Below the pieces are notes generated by a model. It did not search any database, was not told the DNA's origin, and worked only from the letters and a program-made list of their open reading frames with translations. From assembly GCF_036321535.1 (NCBI RefSeq), contig NC_087437.1, positions 5,084,001-5,148,000 of the forward strand: a stretch of DNA of 64,000 nt. The letters are read 5' to 3'. Both the position numbers and the translations under genes were made by a program. This DNA is from Camelus dromedarius (Eukaryota). Below are positions 63,139 through 64,000 of this stretch, piece by piece (positions within the stretch are counted from its first letter, which is position 1; each line of letters starts with the position of its first letter).

Positions 63139-63759
63139 CTTTTTTTTTAATTGAAGTATAATGAGTTTACAATGTTGCGTCAATCTCTTGTGTACAGCAT
63201 CATGTTTCAGTCATACATGAACACATATATATTCCTTTTCATATTCTTTTTCATTATAGGTCACTACAAGATATTGAATATAGTTCCCTGTGCTATACGG
63301 TATAAACTTGTTGTTTATCTATTTTATATATAGTAGTTAGTATCTGCAAATCTCATACTCCCAATTTATCCCTCCCCACTGCTTTCCCCATCTGGTTACC
63401 ATAAGTTTGTTTTCTATGTCTGTGAGTCTCTTTATGGTTTGTAAATAAATTCTTCTGTGTCATATTTTTAGATTCCACATATGAGTGATATCATATGGTA
63501 TTTTTTTTTCTCCTTCTGGCTTACTTCACGTAGAATGACAATCTTCAGATCCATTCGTGTTGCTGCAAATGGCATTATTTTATTCTTCTTTATGGCTGAG
63601 TAGTATTCCACTGCATATATATGCCACATATTCTTTATCCATTCATATGTTGATGGACATTTAGGCTGTATCCATGTCTTGGCTGTTGTAAATAGTGCTG
63701 CTATGAACATTGGGGTGCATGTATCTTTTTGAATTAGAGTTCCCTCTAGATATAAGCCC
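63139..63759 (-). mobile_element. L1 3' end with ORF2 C-terminus
   Basis: ORF 63468-63761 [34 protein letters not shown] (63129-63138 / 63760-63769). Confidence 0.95.
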
Positions 63760-63779
63760 ACTATTTACTTTTTGGGGGG

Positions 63780-64000
63780 TTTTTTGTTTGTTCTTTGTAT
63801 TTTTTAGGCAGTTTTTAACTGAAGTACAGTCAGTTACACTGTGTCACTCTCTGATGTACAGCACAATGTCCCAGTCATGCATGTACATACATATATTCAT
63901 TTTCATATTTTTTCTGTTAAAGATTATTACAAGATACTGAACATAGTTCCCTTTGCTATACAAAAGAAACTTTTTAAAATCTATTTTTATATATAGTGGC
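63780..64000 (-). mobile_element. L1 3' end running off the window
   Basis: GCACAATGTCCCAGTCATGCA, reverse complement of the subfamily motif at about 7603-7623. Confidence 0.88.

Noticed and set aside
1..64000. CRISPR array, operon or prokaryotic defence system
   Set aside because: Mammalian repeat landscape; no regularly spaced direct repeats and no dense coding structure

Overview
This is eukaryotic, mammalian non-coding DNA, most likely from a camelid (alpaca, llama or camel). The inference rests on repeated tRNA-derived SINEs matching my recollection of the camelid vic-1 type, cetartiodactyl-style L1 3' ends, and no recognisable Alu, B1/B2, Bov-tA/A2 or PRE1. I found no host protein-coding exon, rRNA, true tRNA or CRISPR array. 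The only real protein-derived sequence is a 5'-truncated, disabled LINE-1 ORF2 (RT with YADD plus C-terminal Cys/His knuckle) at about 24.7-27.2 kb and shorter L1 3' pieces. The other listed ORFs look like chance frames. The rest is a layered transposon record: L1 3' ends of several subfamilies, about 8 SINEs, ERV1/ERVL/MaLR solo LTRs, MIR, L2 and DNA-transposon MITEs, separated by unique blocks with enhancer-like motif clusters. The most unusual structures are a TSD-flanked polyadenylated chimeric insertion at 32.46-32.83 kb and a doubly TSD-nested L1 insertion with apparent 3' transductions at 52.28-52.85 kb. I do not see a new multi-gene biological system. Repeat subfamily names come from memory of consensus sequences, not a database search. 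Boundaries are approximate unless fixed by TSDs or TIRs.
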